Assembly: GCA_949286215.1 (NCBI GenBank)
Contig: CASDYX010000014.1
Coordinates: 18,373 to 82,372, forward strand
DNA from: an uncultured Pseudomonadota bacterium
GTDB lineage: Bacteria; Pseudomonadota; Alphaproteobacteria; RF32; CAG-239
DNA length: 64,000 bases
Reading direction: 5' to 3'
Numbering within the stretch: position 1 is the first letter of the stretch; every line of letters starts with the position of its first letter. A program made the translations under genes and the position numbers. This document shows, piece by piece, positions 30,173-41,218 of the stretch. Below the pieces are notes generated by a model. That model was not told where the DNA came from and did no database searches. It saw only the letters and a list, made by a program, of their open reading frames with translations.

Positions 30173-31426
30173 ATGAAGGAACTTTTGCCCCATATCGTCA
30201 GTCTCTGTAAAAAACTGACATCGCTAACGGCTAAGCTGATGCTTTTAGCCCTCTTGGGGCAATTGTGCGTTAATTCGGCTCAGGCTGCGGGCATTAGTTC
30301 AATGCGCATCGGTCAAGGCGTGGGAAATGTTCGTATCGTTTTTGATGCTGACCGTAAATTCGATTATAATGTATTTTTGTTAAGCGAACCCAAAAGATTG
30401 GTGGTTGATACATTTAATGTTCCTGTCAGTTCAAAAATTGAAAAACAGCAAGATAAAAACAACTTGCTTTCATCTCCAAGGCTTGGAACTGTCGGAGTGG
30501 ACGGTACCAGAATTGTGTTTGATTTGAAAAAGCCGGTGATTGTCAAAAAGGCTTTTATGTTGGCTCCTCAAAGCAATTTTGGCTGGCGCTTCGTGGTAGA
30601 TGTTGCAATTGCATCAGAAAGGGAGTTCGCTTCTAAAGTCGGCTCTAAATATGCTCTCAGTGCAGAAAATTCTTTTGCCGGAAGCTACTCTTCATCAAAA
30701 TCAAGCAAAAGCGAAAAAGCACGCAGTACGAATAAAAAGAAAGTTGTTGTTCTTGATCCCGGACATGGCGGAAAAGACCCCGGAGCCATTGGTTACTCAG
30801 GTGTCTATGAAAAAAACATTACTTTGGCCATGGCTAAAGAGCTGAAAACGATTCTCGAAAAAGAAGGTTATAAAGTTTATCTAACGCGTAGCACGGATAT
30901 TTTTATTCCTCTGCGAGATAGAGTAAAAATTGCACGCAAACATAATGCCGATTTGTTTATGTCTATCCATGCAGATAGCGCCGTTAATCGCAGTGCAAAA
31001 GGTTTGTCGGTTTATACCTTGTCTGAAACGGCATCAGACAAAGAGGCTGCCGCTTTGGCTGAACGTGAAAACAAAGTGGATGTTGTGGCCGGCTTAAATT
31101 TGTTGGAGCATTCCAAAGAAGTTTCAGATATTTTAATTAACTTAGCGCAAAGAGAAACCATGAACCGTTCTTCCGAATTTGCAACATTTATGGTTCAAGA
31201 AATGCGCAAGTCGGTTAAGTTAAAAGACAATACACATCGTTTTGCAGGCTTTGCAGTCTTGAAAGCACCTGATGTTCCGTCAGTATTGTTAGAGATGGGC
31301 TATCTTTCCAATCGCACCGAAGAAAAACTTTTAAAGCAAAAGAGCTATCGTAAAAAATTGGCTGTATCTACCAGTAAAGCGGTTGAAAAATATTTTGATA
31401 ATATGCAACACGCCTCCGTATTCTGA
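30173..31426 (+). CDS. amiC: N-acetylmuramoyl-L-alanine amidase (AMIN + Amidase_3)
   Basis: LDPGHGGKDPGA, FMSIHADS and SVLLEMGYLSN motifs. Confidence 0.9.
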   Translation: MKELLPHIVSLCKKLTSLTAKLMLLALLGQLCVNSAQAAGISSMRIGQGVGNVRIVFDADRKFDYNVFLLSEPKRLVVDTFNVPVSSKIEKQQDKNNLLSSPRLGTVGVDGTRIVFDLKKPVIVKKAFMLAPQSNFGWRFVVDVAIASEREFASKVGSKYALSAENSFAGSYSSSKSSKSEKARSTNKKKVVVLDPGHGGKDPGAIGYSGVYEKNITLAMAKELKTILEKEGYKVYLTRSTDIFIPLRDRVKIARKHNADLFMSIHADSAVNRSAKGLSVYTLSETASDKEAAALAERENKVDVVAGLNLLEHSKEVSDILINLAQRETMNRSSEFATFMVQEMRKSVKLKDNTHRFAGFAVLKAPDVPSVLLEMGYLSNRTEEKLLKQKSYRKKLAVSTSKAVEKYFDNMQHASVF

Positions 31427-31546
31427 AAACTATTCACAGTAAATTTAAGTTTTGCCTGTGAAAAGCAAATTTCTTTTTGCTTTTTTTATAAATTGTAATA
31501 GATTAAAGCTAATTTTGTGAAGTTATAAATAAAAGTGGAATAATTC

Positions 31547-34009
31547 ATGTTTAAGACGTTATCTTCTCTGCTCAGCACGTTTTTCTTTTTTGCGGTTATT
31601 GCCGTAGTCTTGGTTATTACAACTTTATGGGAATATTCCGAACAGCTTCCGGACTATCATCAATTAGCCAAATACGAACCGGCTGTTACCACACGTCTTT
31701 ATGCCGGCGATGGTCAGTTATTAATGGAATATGCTGCCGAAAAGAGAATTTTTGTGCCCGTAGATAAGATTCCCGATCAAGTCAAAAACGCTTTTATTGC
31801 GGCTGAAGATAAAAAGTTTTATTCTCACTCAGGTATTGACTATGTCGGAATTATTCGTGCCGTTATCGGTAATATCAAAAATATTGGAACGGGACGTCGT
31901 CCGGCGGGAGCCTCAACCATTACTCAACAAGTAGCCAAAAACTTTTTGCTGAGTTCTGAATTGTCTTATATTCGTAAACTCAAAGAAGCCATTTTAGCGA
32001 CCCGTATGGAGCAAGCCTTCACCAAAGACCATATTTTGGAATTATACTTAAACGAAATCTATCTTGGCAATCGTTCTTACGGTGTAGCCGCTGCTGCTTT
32101 GAATTATTTCGGAAAATCTCTTAACGAACTCACCATTGAAGAGATGGCATATTTGGCAGCCTTGCCTAAAGGTCCGAATAACTATAATCCCAAAACAAAA
32201 TATGATGCAGCCATTGCACGTCGTAACTGGGTTATTGACCGTATGGTTGAAGATGAATATATCACCCCGGATGAAGGAGCGGCAGCCAAACAAAAACCGC
32301 TCGTTACCATAAATCGTAATGCCGAATTTATAAAAAGTGCGCAATATTTCAGTGAAGAAGTCAGACGCGAAATCAGTGATAAATTTGGCTCTGATGCTCT
32401 CTATGAAGGTGGGCTAATTGTCCGGACCACAATTAATCCGAAATTACAAGAACTTGCCACCAAAGTCTTCCAGAAACAAATTAAAAATTACGATTTAAGA
32501 CATGGTTGGCGTGGACCTCTGACCAATATTCAGTTAAATGAAGATTATCAAAAAGCTCTGAAGGAATTTAAAGCCCCTGCCGGAGCAGATAAAACTTGGC
32601 AAAAGGCTGTCGTGCTCAAGGTTGAGGCTAATCAAGCCGTAATCGAAACCGTTGATGGTCAACAAGGCATAATTCCGTTGCAACTCCTTTCTTGGGCCAG
32701 AAAAAATTTAGCCAAACAAGGTATTGGCTATGCACCCAAGTCTGTAACGGAAGTGTTAAAAGAAGGCGATGTCATCTTTGTAGAGCCTGCATCTGAAAAA
32801 GTCAAAGCCTCTAAAAATTTGGCACAAAACAGCTATGAATTGCGCCAAATTCCGGATGTTGAAGGTGCATTGATTGTTATGGATCCGCACACGGGTAAAG
32901 TTTTGGCAGTAGTTGGTGGCTATTCTTTTGCCAAATCGCAGTTTAACCGAGCCACTCAGGCTTATCGTCAAACCGGTTCATCTTTCAAGCCCTTTGTATA
33001 TTTGACCGCTCTTGAAAACGGATACTCTCCGACGGATTTGATTTTGGATGCCCCGTTTGTGCTTGATCAAGGAGCTGGTCAAAAACGTTGGAAACCGGAA
33101 AACTATACCAAGAAATTTTATGGTCTGATGACCTTGCGTGAGGGAATAGAAAAATCTCGTAACTTAATGACGGTACGTCTGGCACAAGATGTCGGTATGG
33201 ATAAAGTATCTGAAATGTCAAGACGCATTGGCGTTAACAAGAATTTGCCTGAATTGTTGTCAATGTCTTTGGGTGCAGGAGATACGCGCTTAATAGATAT
33301 GGCAAGTGCTTATTCTGTTTTGGTCAATGGTGGCAAAAAGGTTGAACCTTACTTTATTGAACGCATTCAAGATCGTAACGGTAAAACTATTTACAAACAC
33401 GACCAAAGAGAATGCAAAGGTTGCACGGCAGACAAATGGGATAATCAACCTATTCCTGAAATTGCCGACAACAGAGAACAAATCGTTGACCCGATGTCAG
33501 CTTATCAAATGACCTCCATTTTGGAAGGTGTTGCCGTTCGCGGAACAGGTGCACGTTTGCGTCAACTCAAACGCCATTTGGCAGGAAAGACCGGAACCAC
33601 CAATGACAATAAAGACGGTTGGTTTATGGGCTTTTCACCTGACTTGGTTGTCGGAACTTATGTCGGATTTGATAACCCACGTTCACTTGGACGCAGAGAA
33701 ACCGGAGCCTCTGTTGCTTTGCCGATATTCTATGACTATATGGCAGAAGCTCTCCAAGGCCAACCGGACATTCCGTTCCGTATTCCGCAAGGCATCAAAT
33801 TGGTTCGTATCAACAGTAAAACCGGTAAACCGGCAACCCCGAGTGATACTTCGGTAATTTTTGAGGCCTTAAAACCAGATTTTGACTTCAACAAAAATAA
33901 ACAAAGAATTATCGGTGAGAGTGATAAGCCGGCACACTCTTTGGAAGACACAGCCAAGGTCTTTGGTGTGGATGAGAGTGATGATTTTCAAATGGGAACA
34001 GAGTATTAG
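31547..34009 (+). CDS. mrcA: Penicillin-binding protein 1A
   Basis: AEDKKFY, GASTITQQVAKN, RQTGSSFKP, SRN and KTGT motifs. Confidence 0.93.
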   Translation: MFKTLSSLLSTFFFFAVIAVVLVITTLWEYSEQLPDYHQLAKYEPAVTTRLYAGDGQLLMEYAAEKRIFVPVDKIPDQVKNAFIAAEDKKFYSHSGIDYVGIIRAVIGNIKNIGTGRRPAGASTITQQVAKNFLLSSELSYIRKLKEAILATRMEQAFTKDHILELYLNEIYLGNRSYGVAAAALNYFGKSLNELTIEEMAYLAALPKGPNNYNPKTKYDAAIARRNWVIDRMVEDEYITPDEGAAAKQKPLVTINRNAEFIKSAQYFSEEVRREISDKFGSDALYEGGLIVRTTINPKLQELATKVFQKQIKNYDLRHGWRGPLTNIQLNEDYQKALKEFKAPAGADKTWQKAVVLKVEANQAVIETVDGQQGIIPLQLLSWARKNLAKQGIGYAPKSVTEVLKEGDVIFVEPASEKVKASKNLAQNSYELRQIPDVEGALIVMDPHTGKVLAVVGGYSFAKSQFNRATQAYRQTGSSFKPFVYLTALENGYSPTDLILDAPFVLDQGAGQKRWKPENYTKKFYGLMTLREGIEKSRNLMTVRLAQDVGMDKVSEMSRRIGVNKNLPELLSMSLGAGDTRLIDMASAYSVLVNGGKKVEPYFIERIQDRNGKTIYKHDQRECKGCTADKWDNQPIPEIADNREQIVDPMSAYQMTSILEGVAVRGTGARLRQLKRHLAGKTGTTNDNKDGWFMGFSPDLVVGTYVGFDNPRSLGRRETGASVALPIFYDYMAEALQGQPDIPFRIPQGIKLVRINSKTGKPATPSDTSVIFEALKPDFDFNKNKQRIIGESDKPAHSLEDTAKVFGVDESDDFQMGTEY

Positions 34010-34018
34010 GAAAGACAA

Positions 34019-35120
34019 ATGCGCGCAGAATTAGTGGAGATAATTGATGATATCAAGCAGTCATTGGAGCTGCTGAGGAGGTCTCTTTGACTACGACAAC
34101 GCACTTATTCGTTTGGATGAATTAACATCTCTCAGTTCAGATCCCAATTTGTGGAATGATGCCGCCAAAGCTCAAAAGCTGATGAGTGAAAAAAACACCT
34201 TGGAAGAAAATTTAACCAACTTCCAAGAGATGGAACGTAATCTTCAAGATTTATCTGATTTGGCAGAAATGGCAGAAGCCGAGAATGACGAAGCCACCAT
34301 TCAAGAATGCTTGCAGCAACTCAACCACCTCAAGGAGCAAACCAAAAGAGGTGAGCTGGAAGCACTCCTTTGCGGCGAAGTTGATGCAAATGATGCTTTC
34401 TTGGAAGTACACTCCGGCAGTGGCGGAACAGAGGCGCAAGATTGGGCAGAGATGTTGCTTAGAATGTACACCCGCTGGGCAGAAGATCATCATTATAAAG
34501 TAGAATATGTCGAAGAAACCGAAGGCGACGTTGCCGGCCTGAAATCCGCCACAATCAAAATTTGCGGACATAATGCTTACGGTTGGCTCAAATCCGAAAG
34601 CGGGGTACATCGTTTGGTTCGCATTTCACCTTTTGACAGCAATGCTCGCCGACATACCAGCTTTGCCTCGGTCGGGGTTTATCCCGTGATTGATGATGAA
34701 ATTCATATCGAAATCAATGAGGCGGATTGTCGCATAGACACCTATCGTTCATCTGGTGCCGGCGGTCAACATATTAACAAAACCGATTCTGCCGTTCGAA
34801 TTACCCATATTCCGACCGGCATAGTAGTCTCTTGTCAAACCCAGCGTTCGCAATTTCAAAACCGAGATGCCGCATGGAAAATGTTGAAAGCGCGTCTTTA
34901 TGAAATTGAGTTAAAAAAACGCGAAGCCGAAGCTCAAGGCATACGAGATGCTCAGGGAGATAACGGCTGGGGCAACCAAATTCGTTCTTATGTCTTGCAA
35001 CCTTATAAAATGGTAAAAGACTTGCGAACCGAGGCCGAAACATCAGATACCAAAGCGGTTTTGGATGGAGATATTGATTTGTTTTTATCGGCGGCATTAG
35101 CAGCCAAAGTGGGGAAATAA
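34019..35120 (+). CDS. prfB: Peptide chain release factor 2, with programmed +1 frameshift
   Basis: 23-codon first frame MRAEL...RRSL ends CTT TGA; second frame has SPF and GGQ motifs. Confidence 0.96.
34076..34091 (+). promoter_or_regulatory. RF2 autoregulatory +1 frameshift site
   Basis: AGGAGG TCT CTT TGA C (internal SD plus CUU-UGA-C). Confidence 0.95.
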
Positions 35121-35998
35121 TGGAATTATTAAAAAAAATCGGTTGTTGGCTTTTAGGGCTTTTTGCCGGAGCTTATTTTTTGACTTGTGGATTGGTACTG
35201 GTTGCTCCGCAACTTTTCTTTTACAATCCTTCGTCCACACCATCGGATATTACGCACGCCCACAAATATGGCTATCCTGCGCGTGAAGTGACCTATAATT
35301 CCACAGACGGTACCCCTTTGTTTGCGTGGTACACCAAGCCTCATTCCGGTCAAAATAAGGTGGTGATTTTTATGCATGGAAATTCTTATAATATTGAAGA
35401 ATTCTATCATAAATTAAAAACCTTTGAGCAAGCCGGTTATGGTACATTCTTGCCCGAATATCGAGGCTTCGGAGGCCTTCCTGGCGCCATCACGCAAACC
35501 AACTTGGAAAATGATGCCATTGCCGCCGTTCAATATCTTCACTCACAAGGCTATGAAAATGAAGATATTTATGTTTACGGAATGTCTTTAGGGTCGCACA
35601 TGGCTGTCAACAGTGTCTATCAATTACAAAAAAAGAAGCATCCGTTTGCCGGCCTGATTTTGGAAGTACCGTTTGATAGCTTGCTTAATGTTGCCAAATT
35701 GGTCGTTCCTGTTCCGATGCCTTTTGAGGCTATTATGCGAGATAAATATGATAATTTATCCATGATTGGCGAGATTAACTCTCCGATTCTGATTATGGGC
35801 GGAAGCATAGACACGACAGTTCCGGTAGCTCTGGCGCAAAATCTGTATAATTATGCCTCAGAGCCCAAACAGATAATTATTTATGAAAATGGCAAGCACA
35901 GCAATTTGTTTAATTTCCGCAATGACTTGGATGTTTTAAGTTGGATGAAGGCTAATGAAAAAGGGTGGTTAAAGGTCAATGAAGAAAGTCTCGACTAA
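35120..35998 (+). CDS. Alpha/beta hydrolase
   Basis: FMHGN, EYRGFG and GMSLG nucleophile elbow; D and H triad candidates. Confidence 0.88.
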   Translation: MELLKKIGCWLLGLFAGAYFLTCGLVLVAPQLFFYNPSSTPSDITHAHKYGYPAREVTYNSTDGTPLFAWYTKPHSGQNKVVIFMHGNSYNIEEFYHKLKTFEQAGYGTFLPEYRGFGGLPGAITQTNLENDAIAAVQYLHSQGYENEDIYVYGMSLGSHMAVNSVYQLQKKKHPFAGLILEVPFDSLLNVAKLVVPVPMPFEAIMRDKYDNLSMIGEINSPILIMGGSIDTTVPVALAQNLYNYASEPKQIIIYENGKHSNLFNFRNDLDVLSWMKANEKGWLKVNEESLD

Positions 35999-38900
35999 AT
36001 TATACATCACCCAAAAAATCATTGACTACATCGGGGTGGTATTTCTCAGTCTGCTGTTGCTGTTTATCTGGCAACTTTATCGCGGACCGATAGAATTACC
36101 GTTTTTAAAACCCTATATGATTCGCGCGCTAAATCATGATGATTCTCAGTATCAGGTAAGTGTTGAAAGTGTAAATATTGAATTGGTTCGCTCAATTCAA
36201 CCGATAAAAATTATTGCCAATAACGTTGTTTACAAAAAAACAGATGAGAGTTTCATTATCAATGCCCCAAAGACATCTGTATCTTTTAGTATCAGAGCCT
36301 TATTAAGAGGTGTAATTGCACCAAGTTCCATGGTGGTTAATAATCCGAGTGTTTATATCTTTAACACTTACGGAGTAGATAAGACCAAAACCGAAGAAGT
36401 AAATCAGAAAAAAATCGCTTATTATTTTGACGCATTTGAGGATTTTATTGAGCGCTTTAATTCTCATGATAATCTGTACCCTGAAAGCTATATTAATGAA
36501 ATATCAATTCGTAATGCAGCGGTTGAATTGCATGAAGTTGATTTGGGACGCAAATGGGTATTTACGGATGTGAATTATCATTTAGAGCGTAATTTGACGA
36601 ATATCACGACAGAGGTAAACGCGCTGATAAAATTGCGCAATCAAATAGCCTCGGTTGGACTTGAGGGAGAGTATCGTACCTTAAACAACAAGTTGGCCTT
36701 AGATTTTTATTTTTCCGACTTGGTTCCTGATGCGTTAGCCGAAACATTTTTGGAACCGCAAACCGCTAAAGAATTATATAAAATTAATTTACCCGTCAAT
36801 GGTCGCATTTCCACGCTGATAAATTTCAATGAGGTAATCAAACACAAAAACAACATCATGACCAGCGTTGATACGGCATTTGAAAAAATTGCTTTTCAGT
36901 TTGAAGGCGGACAAGGCAACATCATCTTTAATGAAAATTCAGAGTATAATTACGATGTCTCAGCCTTTTTATTGGAAGGGGATATAAACGGTGGCTTGAA
37001 TAATATTCGAATTAATAATGCCAGCTTTGACTTAGGAGAGCAAAAAGCCAAAATTGATGTCGAATTAAATGGATTTAAGCAATATCTGTTGGCCGGTTCT
37101 CTAAAGGATTTAAAGGTCAAAGTTTCCACATCAATCAAAGAAATGAAGTTTGATGACCTCTATAAATATTGGCCGAAATATATTTCGGAAGATGCTTGGA
37201 GCTGGTGTGAAGACAGTCTCTATGGTGGAAAAATAGCAGATGCAAAATTTGCTTTTACTTTTGGCTGGGATGAAAAATCCAAAGCCTTTGGGTTAACCGA
37301 TTTGGATGGTCAAGGAAAAATTATTGATACGAATTTGAATTATCTGCGAGGAATGCCAGATATTGCCAATTTGTATGGTCAAGCTCACTTTAGTAAAGAT
37401 ACGATAAAAATAGATGTAGATAAAGGCGCTTCTAAAGGTGTTATTTTAACGGGAGGCTATGTTCGCCTTTATGATTTAGATAAATATAATAATTATGCCG
37501 ATATTGATTTGGAACTCAATTCCAGTGTGAGTGATGCCTTGCGCTTAATTGATAATCCGCCGTTAGGCTATACGTCGGAAATGGGTTTGAAACCAGACGC
37601 TATTATCGGAGAAGCCGATACCAAGCTAAAATTAAATTTTGAATTAAAAAATGACCTAGGTACGGATGAAGTCAAAGTAAATGTTTTGTCTGATTTGAAA
37701 AATGTCGTATTTCCGAAAGCCTTTCAAAATAAAACTTTATCAGCGGATGCCTTAAAGTTGGAAGTGAATAATCAAGGCTTATCTTTGACAGGTGATGCCA
37801 AGCTGGAAAATATTCCCTTAGAGTTAGTTTGGAATGAAAATTTTTCAGCCAAAAAATATCAAAGTCGTTATAAATTGGCATTTAAGTTCAACAATGCAGC
37901 CAGACAAACCTTAGGGGTTGATTCTTCCATTTTGAATCCTCCTTACGTGGACGGCTATGCAATGATAGATTCTGAAATTACGGTTTACGATTCTTCCAGA
38001 ACATCGGTTAGTCTGAATGCTCAGCTAGATAAGATGCTGGTAGATTTTTCTTTCCTAGGTTTTAAGAAAGAGTTGAATGAGCCCGGCAACTTAACCATGA
38101 ATTTGGATTTATATAACAATAAGCTGGTATCGATTCCGCAATTTTCTCTTTTTAAGGATGATTTTAGAATTTCGGGCAAAGTTGAGCTCACTGAGCAAGG
38201 TAACATGAAAACGGTTGACATCAGCGAGATAAAAGGCCCTAAAACGGCGGCGAAAGCCAGAATAGACTTTAGTTATAATCCAAAGAAAAAAGTCAAGATA
38301 AACGTTTCGGGAACAAGCTATGATTTGACGCCGTTTTTTGAAAGAAATGAGAATAAAATCAAAATAGATAAAAATACGGTAGTTGCCAGCACCGAAAAAG
38401 ACGATGAGTTAGAAAAAGTCACCGATACGGATGTATTTATTGCCGTAAACAGCCTCTGGACCAATCCTACAATGCCGATAACCAATTTTGCAGGCTCGGC
38501 TCAGCTCAGAAACGGTATTGGCGTAAACGAAATTCACTTGATAGGAAACTTCAGTAACAATCAACAAAAACGTATCAAGTTTGATTATGTTCCACGCCCA
38601 AATAATGAATTTTTGCTTTCTGTAGATAGTAATGATGCCGGAGCGACACTCAAAGCCTTAAGAGTATATGACAATATGCAAAATGGCATTGTTCAAATTG
38701 AGGCACGCCGCACAAAAGATAAAACATTCATCGGTCATGCCAAGATTCGCAACTTTAGTATTTATAATACTCCGGTTATAGCCAAATTGCTGACTGTTGC
38801 CTCATTCAGCGGTATGGTAGATTTATTAAAAGGAGAGGGGTTAAAATTCTCGCATTTGGATGCCCCGTTTGAATACCAAAACAAACAACTCCGCCTCAAA

Positions 38901-39203
38901 GATGCAAAAGCTTTTGGCGATGTTGTAGGAATTACGGCTACCGGAACCTATGATCGCCGGTTTGATGATGTTAACGTCAATGGTGTTATAGCTCCGGCGT
39001 ATAGTCTAAATACCATGCTGGGCAGAATTCCTTTAGTAGGGGGCTTATTGGTCGGAAAGGATGGTACCGTTTTTGCCGCAAACTATACGGTAACGGGTAA
39101 TCTAGAGGATGCCGACATCAACATCAATCCGCTATCAGCTTTAAGCCCAAGCTCACTGAAAGATAAATTAAACGAACTGTTTGGAAACGCTAATGACAAC
39201 TGA
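35979..39203 (+). CDS. AsmA/YhdP-like (DUF3971) envelope protein
   Basis: 1074 aa, N-terminal TM, beta-rich; C-terminal G.IAPAYSLNTMLGRIPLVG. Confidence 0.8.
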   Translation: MKKVSTKLYITQKIIDYIGVVFLSLLLLFIWQLYRGPIELPFLKPYMIRALNHDDSQYQVSVESVNIELVRSIQPIKIIANNVVYKKTDESFIINAPKTSVSFSIRALLRGVIAPSSMVVNNPSVYIFNTYGVDKTKTEEVNQKKIAYYFDAFEDFIERFNSHDNLYPESYINEISIRNAAVELHEVDLGRKWVFTDVNYHLERNLTNITTEVNALIKLRNQIASVGLEGEYRTLNNKLALDFYFSDLVPDALAETFLEPQTAKELYKINLPVNGRISTLINFNEVIKHKNNIMTSVDTAFEKIAFQFEGGQGNIIFNENSEYNYDVSAFLLEGDINGGLNNIRINNASFDLGEQKAKIDVELNGFKQYLLAGSLKDLKVKVSTSIKEMKFDDLYKYWPKYISEDAWSWCEDSLYGGKIADAKFAFTFGWDEKSKAFGLTDLDGQGKIIDTNLNYLRGMPDIANLYGQAHFSKDTIKIDVDKGASKGVILTGGYVRLYDLDKYNNYADIDLELNSSVSDALRLIDNPPLGYTSEMGLKPDAIIGEADTKLKLNFELKNDLGTDEVKVNVLSDLKNVVFPKAFQNKTLSADALKLEVNNQGLSLTGDAKLENIPLELVWNENFSAKKYQSRYKLAFKFNNAARQTLGVDSSILNPPYVDGYAMIDSEITVYDSSRTSVSLNAQLDKMLVDFSFLGFKKELNEPGNLTMNLDLYNNKLVSIPQFSLFKDDFRISGKVELTEQGNMKTVDISEIKGPKTAAKARIDFSYNPKKKVKINVSGTSYDLTPFFERNENKIKIDKNTVVASTEKDDELEKVTDTDVFIAVNSLWTNPTMPITNFAGSAQLRNGIGVNEIHLIGNFSNNQQKRIKFDYVPRPNNEFLLSVDSNDAGATLKALRVYDNMQNGIVQIEARRTKDKTFIGHAKIRNFSIYNTPVIAKLLTVASFSGMVDLLKGEGLKFSHLDAPFEYQNKQLRLKDAKAFGDVVGITATGTYDRRFDDVNVNGVIAPAYSLNTMLGRIPLVGGLLVGKDGTVFAANYTVTGNLEDADININPLSALSPSSLKDKLNELFGNANDN

Positions 39204-39681
39204 GCATTCTTTAAAAATAGGATTAGACTTTCATGGCGTAATAAATCGTCATCCTTCTTATTTTAAAGATTTTACGGAAATAGCGGTCTCCAGAGGGCAC
39301 AAAATTTACATCATTACCGGAGGTCCGGCCGAAAAAATAGCCTGCTTTTTGAAGGGTTGGGGAATTTGCTATAATGAGCTGTTTGCCATAATGGATTATT
39401 ATGCGTCCAAAGGAGAAATTAAATTTTTTCCGGATGGAAGTTTTCACGTTGATGATGAGTTATGGAATACGGCCAAGGCCAAATTTTGCAAAAAATACCA
39501 AATTGATATTCATATTGATGATTCGGATGTTTACGGACAAAGTTTTTCCACGCCTTACTGTCAGTATGATGAAAAGAGCGGTATCTGCATGATTGATAAC
39601 AAATACAAGCTCAATTTATCATTACCTCCCGAAGAAGCCGTTATTCAATTGGAAAGAATTTTATCTAAACTTGAGAATTAG
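39193..39681 (+). CDS. HAD-superfamily-like protein
   Basis: IGLDFHGVI, IITGG, KAKFC and IHIDDS motifs (first motif atypical). Confidence 0.6.
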   Translation: MTTEHSLKIGLDFHGVINRHPSYFKDFTEIAVSRGHKIYIITGGPAEKIACFLKGWGICYNELFAIMDYYASKGEIKFFPDGSFHVDDELWNTAKAKFCKKYQIDIHIDDSDVYGQSFSTPYCQYDEKSGICMIDNKYKLNLSLPPEEAVIQLERILSKLEN

Positions 39682-40324
39682 CCTTCTTTTTCGCTTGATA
39701 AGTGTCAAATTTATCTTCAGCCCAAGTAACGTCAGACTTAACCAATCGAGCAGGGTTTCCGGCATAAATCGAGTGGCTTTCAGTTAAATCTTTTGTAACA
39801 ATACTTCCAGCCGCAACAATTACATCATCAGCGATTGTATTATTTTTGAGGACCATCACACGTTCGCCGAGCCACACATGGTTACCGATAGTAATTTCTT
39901 TTCCTTGGTTAATGGCATTCATGGAGTTAATATCAATAATGCTATGAAAGTCGGAAACATAAAGTCTGGTATCTTTAGCCGCCATAACTTCATCACCAAG
40001 TGTGAGAGAACTTCCTTTTTCCCACAAACCGCATTCTGTTCCTCTAAAAATACATCCTTTTCCGATTTTAACTTGAGTATTGTCGGTATCAATAATAATT
40101 TTTAAGGAACCCCAACACCCTTCATCAATCGAAATGGAGTTATCAGAACCGTTAATGATGATTTCTAATTTATAGAATTGGTTATTAGGGTGAATGTTCA
40201 GAACATTGTTGTTGCCGATAATTTTCACGGGACTACGGTCGTAAAAACCATTTCCTTTTATTTTCGGCGAAAGAATTTGATTGTTAGTACCTTTGATTTT
40301 AATGAGCTTTTTAAAGAGTTTCAT
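39665..40324 (-). CDS. Hexapeptide-repeat (LbH) O-acyltransferase
   Basis: SDFHSI, ITIGNHVWLGE, AAGSIVTK and YAGNPAR motifs. Confidence 0.88.
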   Translation of the reverse strand: MKLFKKLIKIKGTNNQILSPKIKGNGFYDRSPVKIIGNNNVLNIHPNNQFYKLEIIINGSDNSISIDEGCWGSLKIIIDTDNTQVKIGKGCIFRGTECGLWEKGSSLTLGDEVMAAKDTRLYVSDFHSIIDINSMNAINQGKEITIGNHVWLGERVMVLKNNTIADDVIVAAGSIVTKDLTESHSIYAGNPARLVKSDVTWAEDKFDTYQAKKKANSQV

Positions 40325-40979
40325 GATTTGTTTCTTTCCAGTTAATTAAGGCTTGGTCATAAGCCTCTTCCACCCAGTCAATATTTGTTTTTTTGCAGAT
40401 TGCGGGATTGCCGGCAAACATAGCATGTTCTGTTGACAAATCTTTGGTAACAATAGCACCGATGGCAAGAATAACATTGTCACAAATATGACAGTTTTTC
40501 AAAACCTTAACAGCTTCTCCAAGCCATACATGATTTCCGATAACAATTTCTTTTCCCTGATTAAGCGGCTTTTTTGATAAGGGGTCTATCACCGCATGAA
40601 AATCAGAGCAATAAAGCCTAGTTTCTTTGGCAAACATACAGCCTTCGCCAATAATAACCTGACTGTTATTTTCTTGCAAAACAATATCTGTGCCCATAAA
40701 GCCGGTTTTCAGTCCGACTTTGACTAAAGTGTTAGATGCTCTGATATCCAAATGTAGTTTTCCGTAACATCCTGCAGGCAAAATGACGGTGTTATTATTT
40801 CCCGTAATATTAATGTCTGTAAATTTCAGATAGTTAGGACCACCGATGTCAACTTTATTATTATTGCCATCAATTTTAAGAGAACCGTATTTCAAAAGTT
40901 CATTACGGCAATCTTTGGGAGTAATAAAGGAATTATTTTCGCCCTTGATAATGAATCTCTTTTTTCGAAACAATCTCAT
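40311..40979 (-). CDS. Hexapeptide-repeat O-acyltransferase, tandem paralog
   Basis: SDFHAV, IGNHVWLGE and FAGNPA motifs; same architecture as its neighbour. Confidence 0.88.
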   Translation of the reverse strand: MRLFRKKRFIIKGENNSFITPKDCRNELLKYGSLKIDGNNNKVDIGGPNYLKFTDINITGNNNTVILPAGCYGKLHLDIRASNTLVKVGLKTGFMGTDIVLQENNSQVIIGEGCMFAKETRLYCSDFHAVIDPLSKKPLNQGKEIVIGNHVWLGEAVKVLKNCHICDNVILAIGAIVTKDLSTEHAMFAGNPAICKKTNIDWVEEAYDQALINWKETNHETL

Positions 40980-41218
40980 AAGTTTTTATCTCCCAAGCAT
41001 TTACAAGCATAATCTCGATAAATGCGCAGTTGTTTTTGCAAAATATTGCAACGCCTTGAATGCAGACGATACTTTGCACTCTCTTTGGTATAGTTATAGC
41101 AAAGACGCTCCAAAGAGGGCAAGTAAGAAATATCACTTTTGAGAGGAAATACGTCGAATTTTAATTCTTTTTCCCAAAGAGCTTCAACACTTAAATGAAA
41201 ATAACCATTATCCGCCAT
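40976..41218 (-). CDS. Small hypothetical protein
   Basis: 80-aa ORF; start and stop overlap both neighbours. Confidence 0.5.
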   Translation of the reverse strand: MADNGYFHLSVEALWEKELKFDVFPLKSDISYLPSLERLCYNYTKESAKYRLHSRRCNILQKQLRIYRDYACKCLGDKNL

